Shown here in pieces: positions 43,540-57,236 of a stretch of 64,000 nucleotides of DNA. Position numbers and translations under genes: made by a program. The notes beneath the pieces are model-generated. The model was not told the origin of the DNA. It did not search any database and saw nothing but the letters and a program-made list of their open reading frames with translations. Every line of letters starts with the position of its first letter. Positions within the stretch are counted from its first letter, which is position 1. Origin of the DNA: the human T2T-CHM13v2.0 reference genome, Homo sapiens; the NCBI RefSeq assembly GCF_009914755.1, contig NC_060937.1; one strand, written 5' to 3'.

Positions 43540-43990
43540 GCAGAATTAAAGGGATCCCTGAACTTTTATGAGACAAACAGTATATCTTTATTTTCACTAA
43601 CATTAATGGAAATTATTCTTCTCCTTATATATGAATATAGGCAGCAAACCACAAAATAAGCACTACATGACTTTCTCAAAATAGTATTCACACATTTTCA
43701 TATCATATTGCAGTGATTGCAGTTGCCTTTTGTCATAATTTTCACTTGCTATTACCTTGAAAAAAATAATTAACAGCCCTCTCACTAGATCTTTTTATTT
43801 AATCTATTAATAAATAAGTATATGGATTGCTTAATCACAAATGTGTTTTTCTAATATTTTGATTACTATATTTCAATGTAATCTACTGTATTCTAGTCCA
43901 ATGTGTTTTATACGTTTAATTTTTATTCTTAGTGGGGAACATGAGCTTCAAGAAATTGTTAAAAAGTCCAAGACACCAAAAAAATTACAT
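43540..43990. mobile_element. Charlie4a (MER80)-like hAT DNA element
   Basis: atctttattttcactaac...tatgaatataggcagcaaaccaca...attttcatatcatattgcag...cactagatct...atattttgattactatatttcaatgtaat. Confidence 0.75.
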
Positions 43991-44469
43991 ATGGGCTTTG
44001 TCATATACATTTTTGAACTAAATAGGAAATCCTCAAAATGTCTGTCATATTAGAAAGTTCTCTTTTCTCTGAGAGTTGTGGTGGTACAATGAAAAAGCAG
44101 TCTATATCTTAACTTCTGTGAATTGCATCAAGGAAAATAAAAAATGCCTTTCATATTTCTGCAGTAAAGAGTCTTGTGCTAAAGCTTTATCATTACACTC
44201 ACTAGAGGAATTCTAACTTCATACAATGCAGCATTTCCTAATGCAGTGCCTATAATATCTGTATGTGTGTTTGTGTGTGTGTGTATGTAGGTGCATGTAT
44301 ATGTGTGTATTTTTCATTACCCAATGAGATACTTGATTTCTTCCCTATTCTGATGCAACATTTTCTTTTTAAAATACATGAAATAACTTATTTAGAGACA
44401 ATGCATCTTATTGAAGAGAAGCTAATGGCCTAAACATTTTTTACCTCATTTCCTCAGATTTTACAAAGT

Positions 44470-44640
44470 ATGTTGCATAGTGAAAGGGAAACAAGATTTG
44501 ATTTCATTCCCAATTTTGTTACTTACGAGTATTTTTATTTAAGTTTCCGATTTCCTCATAAAAATAATAAGCTTGTTTTTCACTTGCTTCAAGAGGCTGT
44601 TGTAAAGTTCAAATGAAATACAAATAAATGTATAGTAGAA
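44470..44640 (+). mobile_element. MIR fragment
   Basis: ttaagtttccgatttcctcataaaaataa...gaggctgttgtaaagttcaaatgaaata. Confidence 0.55.
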
Positions 44641-45194
44641 GATATCTTTTCATTACTAACTAGCTTAATAAACAGATGTTCTCCATTCCCTTCTGTAGAC
44701 TGTACCCTTCTGGTGGCTTTGGCTTTCTGAATGCCAGGGAACAACAGGCTCCTTGTCAGCCTAAGTTCCCCACAAGTTTCACTGGTGATCACCACAGAAG
44801 AATTTTTGTCAAATCTGTTGTCTCACTCATACTTGTTATTCAAATTACTCAACTCAGTTAACGAGTACACAAACCAATGGAATATAAATGTGAAAAGCAA
44901 AAGATTTGTGGTTTGGAAATTTGGAGCTTTTGGAAATTTGGAACTCTCTAATACAATTTTTAAACTATGTTATCAAACTGATTTTGTGTAAGAAAATATG
45001 AAAGTAGAAAAATAACTTGTAAACATCAACCTAGAAATTAATGAACTCAGATCATTTCCCATTTATCCTCATGTTCTAATATAAGTTTAAAGAATTTGAA
45101 CCTGGATTTTGTATGGACTGCATTAGCGGTGTATTTTATTCAAGAAAGACAAGGGACTTCAATTCCCAGACTGCTAAGTTGGCTCATATATGGC

Positions 45195-45745
45195 TTTACT
45201 TACTCATCAGTACAACATTATTATTATTTTATGCTATGTGTTGGGCTCCCTTTTAGGTGCCAGGTATAATGAGATTAATAATACAAAATAACATTGTTAT
45301 GAAACGTATATAACATTGTCGTTGACTAAGCAAGTAAAATATTATAGATTGTAACATACTTTCAAGTGATATAAAGAAAAATAAAGCTAGCTAAGGGATA
45401 AAAATGAGGTGAAAACCTTTTAAATAGATTTGACTGGAATGGCTTCTTTGCTGTGCTCATAAATGAGCTCAGACCTAAATTATGTGTCCTGAATTATTGA
45501 ACGGGGAGAGACGATTTCTGGCAGAGGATATACCAAGTGAAACATCCATGTTCAAATATATTTGAGGAGAAGCAAAAAGTCTATTCCTGATGGAGTAATA
45601 TGTGTTTGGAGGCGCTGAAAAAACATTGTGCTGATCATATGAGACCAGGTAAGGGCTTTGATTCTATGCTAAGTTGATGAAAAGTCCTTGGAATGTCTTA
45701 AATATAGGAATGTCATGATCTGATGACTTTATTACTTAAAAAAAT
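45195..45745 (-). mobile_element. L2 3' portion
   Basis: tatgtgttgggctcccttttaggtgccagg...ggtaagggctttgattctatgctaagttgatgaaaagtccttggaatgtcttaaatataggaatgtcatgatctga. Confidence 0.7.
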
Positions 45746-48116
45746 GACGATAGTAAAATGCAAGTAATTTATTTTAAAATTAATGTATAAAAGTGTTTTA
45801 ATTTAAAATATTATATTTAAGGAGATATTTATGTGTCTTTGCTATAATTGGTATTTATTTGTTCTTGAACAAATTAAGTAGATTTTTACTAAAAGTACTC
45901 ACATATTTTATGAAAGTAAACCAGTATATTAATAGTAATAAAAACTGGTAAATCTTGAAGTTTTGCTATGTACAATGAATCTTACTTTGAATTTTAGAAA
46001 CAGGTTTTAATCAAATCTTCATAAAAGTCCTATGAAAAAGCAATAGACTGTTTTGATTACATGTTTGACCTCTAGAATCAGATTGTTTAAAAATGTTTTA
46101 CTGCTTTGTTATTTACTACTTGAACAACTCTATGCCTATTTATATATCATAGTCTACAGACTATCCTCTATAAATTGTGGAAAATATTAGTGCATACTCC
46201 TTGTGCTTTTTATAAGTGTTATATAGCATAATGTAGTACACAATCTGACACACAAACAATATTAGCCATCATAATTGTTCCCTTCCCTTCAAAAATGAAA
46301 AAAAAAATGTTTTAATTTTGAAATTTAGAAAGGTAAACTCCTCATGCAGAAGCATATAACAAATATAGTTGCCACATTAAGACATAAACTTGAGTCTATA
46401 GATTCTGAAGACCAAGCATCCTAATTAGTTAATTCTGCAGTAATTCTTTGGCTTTGAGTAATGCTTTCTACCTCATAAATTCTCACAGCATCTGGAACTT
46501 CAAAATTCATGGGTATCAGCAAAGAATGAATAACACAAATCTTTCTGCTTCCTGATGATTAGAATGACTTTGTAGCAGAAATGAACAGCCTCAATGTTTT
46601 TATGTTCAGTAAATTCATATATCATTCTTGTACAAATAAATGCACATTGCAAGTAACCAAATTCCTATCATAACCCATGACCTCATTATCAAAGCTCAAT
46701 TTCTGAATATTGAGATAAGTGTATTAACTTAATGTAAGATTATGTGTTTCTAAAATAGGTTTGAAAAAATTATAAATTTTCTGAATATTGAGTTGAGATA
46801 TCAAGAAATATCCCCAACAAAATTGTGAACATAAAACAAGAGTAGTTGTTCTAATCCTAAAGAGCAATATTTGTTTTTCAAACTACTATACAGAGTTTCT
46901 GTAATTTAAATAGACATTTTATAAGACAAATATGTTCAACCTTTTCAATTATATTGCCTCTGAATCCTATTATTTATATATACATGTTTTATGTATATAT
47001 GTAATTTATACCTATTGTATAATATTTTGTTTTTTCTCAAAAAAATTCCAGATTTAAAGTTGTGTGAATTATTTATTTCCAAATAAAATCAGTAGCACAT
47101 GGTGAAAATTTCTGAATTTCAATTATTTCTAATTTAGGTTAACTTTGTAATTGATATTTTTTAATATACTTATTTATTTTGGGAATGATTTTTTTTCAAG
47201 ACAGTCTGTGATATAGATTTTGTTTGCCTTATCGTGTACAATTTTTGTTTTCAACTCAAATAATTAAAGATGGCTTTTTTTTAAAGCCTTGGAATCTCAC
47301 TTTTCTGTTTATTCTAAGGTGTTAAAAACAAAAGAAAAAATATTGGGAAATGTATCTGCTCTGTATAACCATATGGAGTAATATATATAACTGGAATGTA
47401 ATATTATTGAACATTATGCAAATCCTAAAGTAACATGCAAAGTTTATGATTATTTTTATATGTGCTAAGTGTAAGTCATACTGAAATATTCCTCTGAAAA
47501 TAAATATTTTCCAGAAGGTATGCCTTAAATTCCTATTTTATTCAACAAAAATGCTACACACAAACAAGATCTTTCCAGTACTAAAAGATACAACATGAAG
47601 CTTCAGTAGTGAAAAAGCAGAGTTGAAAAATAAATAGATTCTGGGGTTTTCTTGTCATTATATTCAAATATATATACTAGTCATTTGAGACCTAAGCAAA
47701 ATTCATATGAGATTTCTTTATATAAATAAAAATTTGAGAGACATGACTGTGATATTTTATATATCACACAAATTACACACAAGGATCTGTATTATTGTTA
47801 TTCACATTAAAAGCTCAGTGGCAATTCTCTGGAATTTTAATTTCTACAAAAAATATTCTTAAGATTGTTTAGGAGTCTCTGCTTTCAATATAGAATTATA
47901 AAATAAGATACCTCAAGTAGTAATCCAAGGTATTGTTCCATACCAATTGCAAAGGCAGCTATATAATTAGCTAAACACACACACACAGGTATATATGCAC
48001 ATGTAAGTCTATGTAATACAAGTATATCACTAAATTAATTTAAGAATGCTTAATTTGTATTCAGTTTATATTACACAAATGTTTTATTTCACGGTTGCTA
48101 TTTTACATCTCCTTAC

Positions 48117-50396
48117 TGATATGGTTTATGTCCCCACCCGAATTGCACTTTGAATTGTAATAATCCCCATAAGTCAAGGGTGGGGCCAGGTAAAGATAAT
48201 TGAATCATAGAGGTGGTTTCCCTATACTGTTCTCATGGTAGTGAATAAGTCTCATGAGATCTGATGGTGTTATAAATGGGAGTTCCCCTGCACAAGCTCT
48301 CTTGCCTGCCACCAGGTAAGACATGTCTTTCTCTTTCTTTTTCTTCCACCATGATTGTGAGGCCTCCCCAGCTATGTGGAAACATGAGTCCATTAAACCT
48401 CTTTCCTTTACAAATTAACCATTCTCAGGTAAATCTTTATTAGTGGCATGAGAATAGACTAATGTATAAGGGTAGAATCGGGTGCTGCTGTAAAGATACC
48501 CAAAAATGTGGAAGTGACTTTGGAAATGGGTATCAGGCAGAGGTTGGAATGGTTTGAAACTCTGAGAAGACAGAAAGATGTGGGATGTTTCAGAACTTCC
48601 TAGAGGCTTGTTGAATGGCTTTGACCAAAATGCTGATAGTGATATGGACAATAAAGTCCAGGCTGAGGTGTTCTCAGATGGAGATGAGGAACATGTTGGG
48701 AACTGGAGCAAAAGTGACTTTTGCTGTGTTTCAGCAAAAAGACCAGCAGCATTTTGTCCCTGCCCTAGATATGTGTGGAACTTTGAACTTCAGAGAGATA
48801 ATTTAGGGCATCTGGCAGAAGACATTTCTAAGCAGCAGAGCATTCAAGAGTTGACTTTGGTACTTTTAAAAGTGTTCAGTTTTACGTATTCACAAAGATA
48901 TGGTTGGAATTGAAACTTATGTTTAAAAGGGAAGCAGAGCATAAAAATTCAGAAAATTTGTAGCCTGATGATGTGATAGAAAAGAAAAAGCCGTGTTCTG
49001 AGGAGAAATTCAAGCCCACTGCAGAAATTTCTATAAGTAACAAGGAGGCAAATGTTAATTTCTAAGACAATGGTGAAAATGCCTCCAGGGCATGTCAGAG
49101 GTCTTCATGGCAGCCCCTCCCATCACAAGCCTGGAGGTCTAGGAGGAAAAAATGTTTTTGTGGGCTGGGCTTGAGGCCCCCATGCTCTGTGCAACCTAGG
49201 GACTTGGCACCCTGTGTCCCAGCCACTCCAGCCATGGCTAAAAGGGGCCAAGGTAGGCATAGCTTCAGAGGGTGCAGCCTCTTCCAAATGGTGTGTTGAG
49301 CCTGCGGGTACACAGAAGTCAAGAAGAGGTTTGGGAAATTCCACCTAGATTTTAGAGGATGTATGGAAATGCCTGAATGTCCAGACAGGACAGGGGTGGG
49401 GCTCTCATAGAGAACTTCTGCTAGGGCAATGCAGAAGGGAAATGTAGGGGTGGTGCTTTGACACAGAATCCCCACTGGGGCACTGCCTAGTGGAGTTGTG
49501 AGAAGAGGGCCACCATTCACCAGACCCCAGAATGGTACATCCACTGATAACTTGCACTGTGTGCCTGAAAAAACAGTACACGCTCAGTGGTAGCCTGTTA
49601 AAACAGTCAGGAGGGGGCCAGTACCCTGGAAAGCCACAGAGACGGAGATGCCCAAGACCATGAAAACCCACCTCTTGCATCAGCACGACCTGGGTGTGAG
49701 ACATGGAGTCAAAGGAGGTCATTTTGGAGATTTAAGATTTGACTTCCCTGCTCAATTTTGGTCTTGCTTGGTGCCTGCAGCCCTTTTGTTTTGGCCAATT
49801 TCTCCCATTTGCAACAGGTGTATTTACCCAATGCCTCTACTCACATTGTATCTGGGAAATAACTAACTTGCTTTAAATTTTACAGGCTCATAGGCAGATG
49901 GGACTTGCCTTGTCTCAGATGAGACCTTGGACTGTGGACTTCTGAGTTAATGCTGAAATGAATTAAGACTTTGGGGGACTATTGGTAAGGCATGGTTTGT
50001 TTTGAAATGTGAGGACATGAGATTTGGGAGGGGCCAGGGGCAGAAAGATATGGGTTGGCTGTGTCCTCACCCAAATCTCAGTTTGACTTGTAATAATCCC
50101 CATGTGTCAAGGTTGGGGCCAAGTGTTGAAAACTGATTCATGCAGGTGGTTTTTCCCATACTGTTCTCGTGGTAGTAAGTCTCAGGAGATCTAATGGTTT
50201 TATACATGAGAGTTCCCCTGCACATGCTGTCTTTCCCAGTGCCATGAAATATGTGGCTTTCTCCTCCTTTGCCTCCCACCATAATTGTGAGACCTCCCCA
50301 GCCATGTGGAACTATGAGTCAATTAAACATCTTTCCTTTATAAATTATGCAGTCTCAGCTATGTCTTTACTAACAATGTGAAAACAGATTATTGCA
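48117..50396 (+). mobile_element. Complete THE1C/D (MaLR) provirus: LTR 48117-48466, internal 48467-50045, LTR 50046-50396
   Basis: Two homologous ~350-bp LTRs; ~1.58-kb THE1 internal region (LNGFDQNADSDMDNKVQAEV remnant); polypurine tract gggaggggccaggggcagaa; 5-bp TSD cttac/tttac. Confidence 0.96.
48197..48322 (+). promoter_or_regulatory. Putative LTR promoter cassette: DUX4-type motif, TATA box and splice donor
   Basis: TAATTGAATCA at 48197-48207; TATAAAT at 48271-48277; CAG|GTAAGA with GT at 48316-48317; activity untested. Confidence 0.45.
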
Positions 50397-50849
50397 TTTA
50401 CCTAATATTTAAGTTTGAAGTTTATAAGAAATGAATAGAAGACAAGTAGAGGATAATCTGAAATTCATAAAGACCAGAAATAAACTCATTGTCACTCTCT
50501 CTTTCCCTGCTCCCTTTGCTAAATTCAGTCCCATTACAGATTACAATATGTAGGTTTTCAAATAATCTGGAAATGTTAATAGGTTAGAAATTACTGCATT
50601 CATCACTATGGCCCCTATGCTTTGTGCTGTGTGTAAGCAAACAATGGTGCTAGTGTATACAAGAAGAACACAAAAGAGTAACTAGAACCATATTAGTTTA
50701 GTAATATTCCATTCTTAAGCATTTGAATTTTTCTTGGCATCATTATAAATAATAATCTAACAAGATTGAAGAAGCACAGTCCTTTCTCTTTGGGAACTCA
50801 AACCTTATACTGAGAATTTAACCAATTTATGTTAAATTTTAAGGTAGTA

Positions 50850-51152
50850 CCTGAGACTTTGAATGAATAAGAAATGAAATCTTACCATGTTGAAGCCATT
50901 GATATTGAAGTGTGTTCATTATGCCAACTATCATTGCTTGTAAATATTTCTACATAGCCATAAAGCCACAAACTAAGGGAGAGAAAAGGCGTCTAGTCAC
51001 TGGGGACCCCTCTGGTCTTCCCACTAGCTCTGAGCTGCAGATCCAATACTTCTGGGCATGTGAAACAAATAATCCCCTGAGTTATTGACTTGCTTAAGCC
51101 ATTTTTGTTAGGATTTTCTGTTACTTGCAGCAAAATGCAATCCTAATTGATA
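50850..51152 (+). mobile_element. Old MLT1 LTR 3' fragments
   Basis: ttgcttaagccatttttgttaggattttctgttacttgcagcaaaatgcaatcctaattgata. Confidence 0.6.
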
Positions 51153-53650
51153 TGCTCTCATGAATGGATAGATAGAAGATAGATGTATGGATAGATACAT
51201 AGATAATAGATAACCATCCAGGTTGAAATATAAACAAATTAAAAATTATTTTATTAACAATTAGTGGATCAGTAAGGGAGAATTATATGTCTTAATTATT
51301 ACTTATCTACTATATCTTGTAGAAAAGTAAGTGGTGCATAAAGATAATAATACATTTTTTTATACATCTTGTTACATTGTAAAAAGTTGTTTGGTTAAAG
51401 TTCACTTTTGCCTGGTTTTTCCCATTTAGAAACTCATTCTGTAGGCAATTTTATAAGAAAGCATCCCTTGACTATAATTGAAAATATTAGAGTTGTTTAA
51501 AAGTTAGCATAATAATTCATTTATTTTGGGTTTGGGGGAAGTTATAACTTGATGCATGCTAATACAAAAAACTTCCTGTGATTTCCAAACTATATTGTGA
51601 AGATTGATAAATATATCCTTCCACACAAATTTAAATTAATTTTTAAAATAATTGATAAATTATTCTAAACATTTGTTTGAGCTAAACTTATGATTAATTC
51701 CTATAGTAAGTAAACAACCCATTAAGAACTTATGACTGGATAACTAAGTTTTCTGTATTCCAATTGGGACCATTATGACAAAGAAGAATTTAATAACCTA
51801 AAATTTAAAACCTATAGTAGAAATAATAGCAAAAAATAAAAATGCATATAATAAAGTCAAGAGCCTTATCTTATTTTTGTAATATTTCTAATCATAAGCT
51901 ATTTATATTCCTATATGCTTTAGTAACATGACTCCTTAATAATATGGACAAATTTTAGCAAAATTATATTAAGCTTCTGCTGTGGACATTAATAGATATT
52001 CAAGGAGTCCTTGATAAGATATTTAAAAAGGCATTGATAATGCATGCAAACTTCAACTGTTTTTGAAAAATAGTCAACATTTCTATTGAATGAGATAATA
52101 AAGGAGACTTTTACAAAGTATAATAGTTTCTTCAATTTGATGAAGAATTAAAAATTAATCTTCTTATAATATTTAATTTACTGTGCAACATCACATATAT
52201 TGCATATGACTGCCAATATATATTTCATATTCTGCATACATTTCATGTAATTGTATATACTGAAACTTACAAATCATAAAAATGATATTACAAAGTTGTA
52301 CCGCTACTAAAGAAGTACATTTATAATGTTATTTTATAATTAGGATACCATTAAATATATCAGATATATTCAATACTCCCTTGTGAAAATCATATCAACA
52401 GCTTCCTAAAATACATATTCAAATATATATGTTTTATAAACTAACCGTTGTATCTCAATACCAGGCAATACATCAGTCAATAGCTAAATAGTCATCAAAT
52501 CACTTAACCAAGTATAAGATAAAGTACATCACAAAGTATACTTGCTTTAGAATGAGCGGGGGAGTAACACTATTATCACTGTCATTTAACTGAATCACTA
52601 CAGATGAAGAGAAAGTGAGTATTTTAACAATCATGCCTATTTATTATTTCCACTTTATTATTCAGAGAAAAATGGATAATATCTCTGCCAATTCTAAAAG
52701 TGAAGTATGTTAAATAGTATGAGGTTACTGAAACAACTAGAAATGTAGATATGAGTAGGAAGTGGCTAACCGAGTATGTCTGTCATGAAAATTATTTTCT
52801 ATTGACATCATCACTATTCAGTTTAAGAGTCATATTAAGGATCAGAAGTATGATCTTCGGTTTGTAGATGATGGCATTGAGAAGTACAGAACTGTGATTG
52901 ATTCTATAACTGATCAGCACATATTCACTCTCTTTCAGCTACGCCACTAGAACAAAAATACCTGAAGCCAACTGAAACTAAGCTGAGATTTGCTGCCTGA
53001 AAACAAGCCCAGCCAATCCCAGTGAAAGCCAGCCGATCCAATGATAAAAACAGAGCCTCAGCCAATATCTACACCAATGAATGGAGAAATAAATGTTCAT
53101 TGTTTAAACAACTGAGTCAGGATGTTGTATTTCAGAGTATTATTTTGACAAGAGCTGATAAATACAGAAATTGATACCAGATATAGGGTGCTGATAGTAA
53201 TGTGTAATGAGGAAACCCTTTTAAGAGGCTGAGAAAACAATGGCATCTATTATGTAGAAATATGACTTTTGGTAAAGATTGTCATTTCACTAAGTGGAAA
53301 AATTCTACAAATGTATCTAGTAAATTAATTTTCTTTTATCAAAGAAGTTTATAGGTAGACCTTTAATAGTGTGAACTATATTTGATAAGATATAACAATA
53401 ACAAACCTGATAGGCTTAGAAAAGGACAAGCCAATTTGTCAACAGAAATGTGAAAGAGCAGAGAAAGATAAGAAACTGAATAGTAATTAAAATTATTTCT
53501 AACCAAAGTTGTGACCATTAAAAAGTAGCCGCTAGAAAAAGACTAAATTCAACATGAGATCACAAGACATGCCATCAAGACAAACATAAAATCAGAGACA
53601 TGTAAAAGGATTAAGGTGTCTTTAATAGGCTAATTGTCCTACACATTATA

Positions 53651-53958
53651 GTTTTGTTTGTTTGTTTGTTTGTTTTAGATGGAGTTTCACTCTTGCTGCC
53701 CAGGCTGGAGAACAGTGGCACGATCTTGTCTCACCACAACCTCTACCTCCTGGGTTCAAGAGATTCTCCTGTCAGCCTCCCAAGTAGCTGGAATTACAGG
53801 CATGCGCCACCACACCTGGCTAATTTCTTTGTATTTTTAGTAGCCACAGGGTATCTCCATGTTGATCAGGCTGGTCTCGAACTCCCAACCTCAGGTGATC
53901 CACCCACCTCAGCCTCCCAGAGTGCTGGGATTACAGGCGTGAGCCACCGCACCAGTCT
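53651..53958 (-). mobile_element. AluSp, full length with a (TTTG)n tail
   Basis: Reverse Alu with Sp-type tctccatgttgatcagg and gtttcactcttg; TSD core cacattat on both sides. Confidence 0.94.
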
Positions 53959-54016
53959 CACATTATGTTTTTATCCAAATTACCTGTAGTCAAGTCTAGA
54001 CTGAGGCAAAGAAGAA

Positions 54017-54060
54017 GGTAGACAGACAGGTAGGCAGGTAGGTAGGTAGGTAGGTAGGTA
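54017..54060. repeat. (TAGG)n tetranucleotide repeat
   Basis: ggtaggcaggtaggtaggtaggtaggtaggta. Confidence 0.9.
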
Positions 54061-54840
54061 TAGTCACAAATCAAAGTGTGGGTATGTTTTTTGGAAAATG
54101 GAATTATGTAAGATCATACATAGAAAACTCACCACATATTTCAGACAGCTGTGCTAATGAAAGCACCCACACCCTGGATTAAAAGAAACTATTTGAGATG
54201 AAAAAGCATAATGCATGTGCCACCAGTATCATACTTGTAATTGGACTAAAAGAGTCTCAAGTTGCCAAGGAGGGAATAGTCTCCAGTTATTTCCTCTAAG
54301 GAGTAAGAACAGGAGAGACATCCTGGAAAGCGGAGGCAAATACTGTCAATAATATTGAATTTGGGACCTGTTTTGAAACAAGAAGAAAGAATCCTAAACC
54401 AGTAAACTATCTAAACAAAGGGTAACGTGAAAACATTTATCCAGTTGCCATATACCACTGAATTCTATATGACTCAAATGATTTCCGTTTTCAAATATCA
54501 CAATTCCACCAGTTGTTCTGAACCTCCTTTATTTTCTTTTTTCATAATTGCATGTTTCATGTATGTTTTTGTTTACTGGTCTCTGGAGCAAGAAAAGCTA
54601 CATTCACACTTAGTATGTTCTCAGTATTCTAGAATTTTAGCCTAAGGCTATAAATAAATGAGACTTTTAATGATGCATAAGGAAGGTGTGTATGTATATT
54701 TTACACGCAAGAGGAAAGAAAGAGGATGTTTGTGAACAAGAGTTTGGACTGCAATAACACAAATTACTCTCCAATAAATAGTCCCTCCTCTTCAAGAAGC
54801 AGCTGTATTTCTGAAAGTATGATTTTCCACTTAACGTAAT

Positions 54841-54844
<4 letters not shown>

Positions 54845-54893
<49 letters not shown>
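54845..54893. repeat. Perfect (TG)n microsatellite, about 24 units
   Basis: Uninterrupted tg run. Confidence 0.98.
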
Positions 54894-54896
<3 letters not shown>

Positions 54897-55480
54897 TAAT
54901 GAGATATGTGTAGAAGTGGCATGAGCAGAAGTTTTAAGTGAAGTTTGTAGTTTGGTTAACTTTCTTTTGCTGCTCTGGTCTGCCATAAGAGCATGCTCTG
55001 TGTAGCTTTGGCCCCTTAAGCCTAAACAGTCTTGAAAAAGACCTGAATCCATATCAACTGGAGCCAAGCTCAGGCATGCCTAGCCAAGCCCAGCTAAATC
55101 ACAGCCTGGAGCAAAGCTGCTCCAAGGGAACTGCAGACAGAAAGCAAGAAAAATAAATGCTTTCAGTATAAACCAGTGGGTTTTGGGGTGGTTCGTTACA
55201 TAGTATAATTGTGCCAATAGCTGATTTAAAATGACAAAGAATTTTTTATTCTCTGTGAGGTATAATCTATTTAATGGTAAAACTAAGGTAATACCTGAGA
55301 ATTCCAGGATTAAACTCTTTATTAAGTGTTTATTTTGTTATATTCTACTATCTTTAGTTAGAAATAAACAGACTGATTTTTGTGGGCATAACATTTCCCT
55401 TAAAGAATATGTCATGATGGAAAATGTATTATTGTAATTATTAATTCACTTATTCAAAATAATGTTTTATTTATTTCATC

Positions 55481-55836
55481 GGTCTCAGTCTGTTTTGTGG
55501 GGCTTATAACAGAATGCCACAGACTGGGTAATTTACAATGAACATAAATGTATTGGTTCTTCATTCTGGAATCCGGGAAGTCCAAGATCAAGGGGCCCGC
55601 ATGTAGCAAGGGCTTTCCTGCTAAGTCATCCCATAGCAGAAGAGCTAAGGCAGACTGAGAGAGAGCAAGAGCTCAAACATGCAGCCCCAAACCCTTTTAT
55701 AAGTGGCATTTATTCATTCTTGACGGTGGAGCCCTCATGCCCTAAATGTTTCCCTTTAGGTACCATCTCTCAAAAAACTGGATTAGGGACGAAATATCCA
55801 ACACATGCTTTTCGGGGACACATTCAAACCATAGCA
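55481..55836 (-). mobile_element. MSTC/MSTD solo LTR with perfect 5-bp TSD
   Basis: ataacagaatgccacagactgggtaatttac...ggaagtccaagatcaagggg...ggggacacattcaaaccatagca; tcatc at 55476-55480 and 55837-55841. Confidence 0.9.
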
Positions 55837-56888
55837 TCATCTAAAGAAAATAGACTACTATTGTGATTATATGGCCATTGATAGTTTAAGTTTGTGGAAT
55901 AGGGTAAAGTTACACTAGAACATGTACTTAACATAGACATTTTATAATACAGAATTATGGATCCTACAACTTAAAAGAGCATTGTAACAGATGGAGATTG
56001 TGGTACAATTATTTTTAGAATTGGCTTGCAATGTTCATTTTTGGAAATACTAAATACTGTTATGACTTTCTGCTGCAAAAAAAATAGCTACATAGAAATT
56101 ATTTTTCTTTCTTATAAAAATAATTCTTAACTTATTTCATAAAAGATAGTCATCAGCACAGTATTTTCATTTATATCCTATCTAAATTTCGCATTGGCTG
56201 TATTTATATCTCTTATCTAAAATGTCTTAAAATGATATCTCAAAAAACAAATTATCTCCATAAAGTACAATTTGAAATAAGTCTCATTAGATAGTGGCAC
56301 TGAATTGGGAATTCTTGTTTAAACTGGGATTAAAGAATGTGAGAAAAAATGAACCTTTAAGGTTGATTGATCATCCGTGCATTAAATATAATAGTGCAAG
56401 CACAAATAGTGGCTTGGAAGTCCTTATCATCCATGCCATTCCGCACATCAAACCATATTTTAAAATATGAAACACTGATACCTCCTCATGCTTATATGCA
56501 GTCTGAATAAAAGTATCTTCTATAACATTGTTATTTTTGCTGAACTGAAGCCTATACTCCAAGTAAAAATAATGTGACTATATTGAAAACTCAAATTAAA
56601 ATCTGTAGTAATCCCTTGATGTCCAGATCTATGACCCTAAGTCCATGTGACAAAGAAATCTTATAGCCTTTAATTGGTATAAAGTTTGAAGACCCAAAGG
56701 CAGGGAAAATATAAATAATGGCTGGCATTACATTCTAGGATAGTTAGAGTTAAAGAAGAATTAAAGAATATGTTTTACAGATATATTTTTAGGGCCTAAA
56801 GATCTATATGAAATACTATTGTTTTATTGGCATGGAGAAATATTTAAGTCTTTTGCAAGGGGACAAAATCATCAGAATTATACATTGA

Positions 56889-57236
56889 GGGCTGAGGGCA
56901 GTGGTTCATGCCTACAATTTTAATGCTTTGGGAGGGCTTAGCAGGAGGCTTGCTTCAGGCCAGGCTTTCATGACTAGCCTATGCAACGTAGCTAGACCTC
57001 TTCTCTACAAAAAGTAAAAATAAACATCAGCAGGGTATGGTGTTGCATGCCTATAGTCCCAGCTACTCAGGAGGCTGAAGCAGGAGGATCACTTCAGACC
57101 AGGAGTCCAAGGCTGCAGTGATCCTCCTGCTTCAGCTTCTGAGTGGTTGGGACTACAAGCATCACACCACTACACTTGAGCCTTGGTGATAAAGTGAGAC
57201 CCTGTCTCTAAAACAAAACAAAACAAAACAAAATAA
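56889..57236 (+). mobile_element. AluJ with an internal inverted duplication
   Basis: Diverged Alu dimer with (CAAAA)n tail and TSD agaatt(a/g)tacattg; extra reverse-complement block at 57117-57162. Confidence 0.92.

Larger units (their letters stand above)
52900..55230 (+). mobile_element. MLT1I-like MaLR provirus: partial LTR to ~53166, internal region to ~54749, LTR ~54750-55230
   Basis: The first LTR end gagctgataaataca is followed by gaaattgataccagatatagggtgctg (internal start); the second LTR follows the PPT-like gaacaagagtttggac; both LTRs share aagcccagc and aaataaatg motifs. Confidence 0.7.

Noticed and set aside
48415-49866. Cluster of 60-150-aa ORFs
   Set aside because: Decayed THE1 internal sequence; no intact long frame
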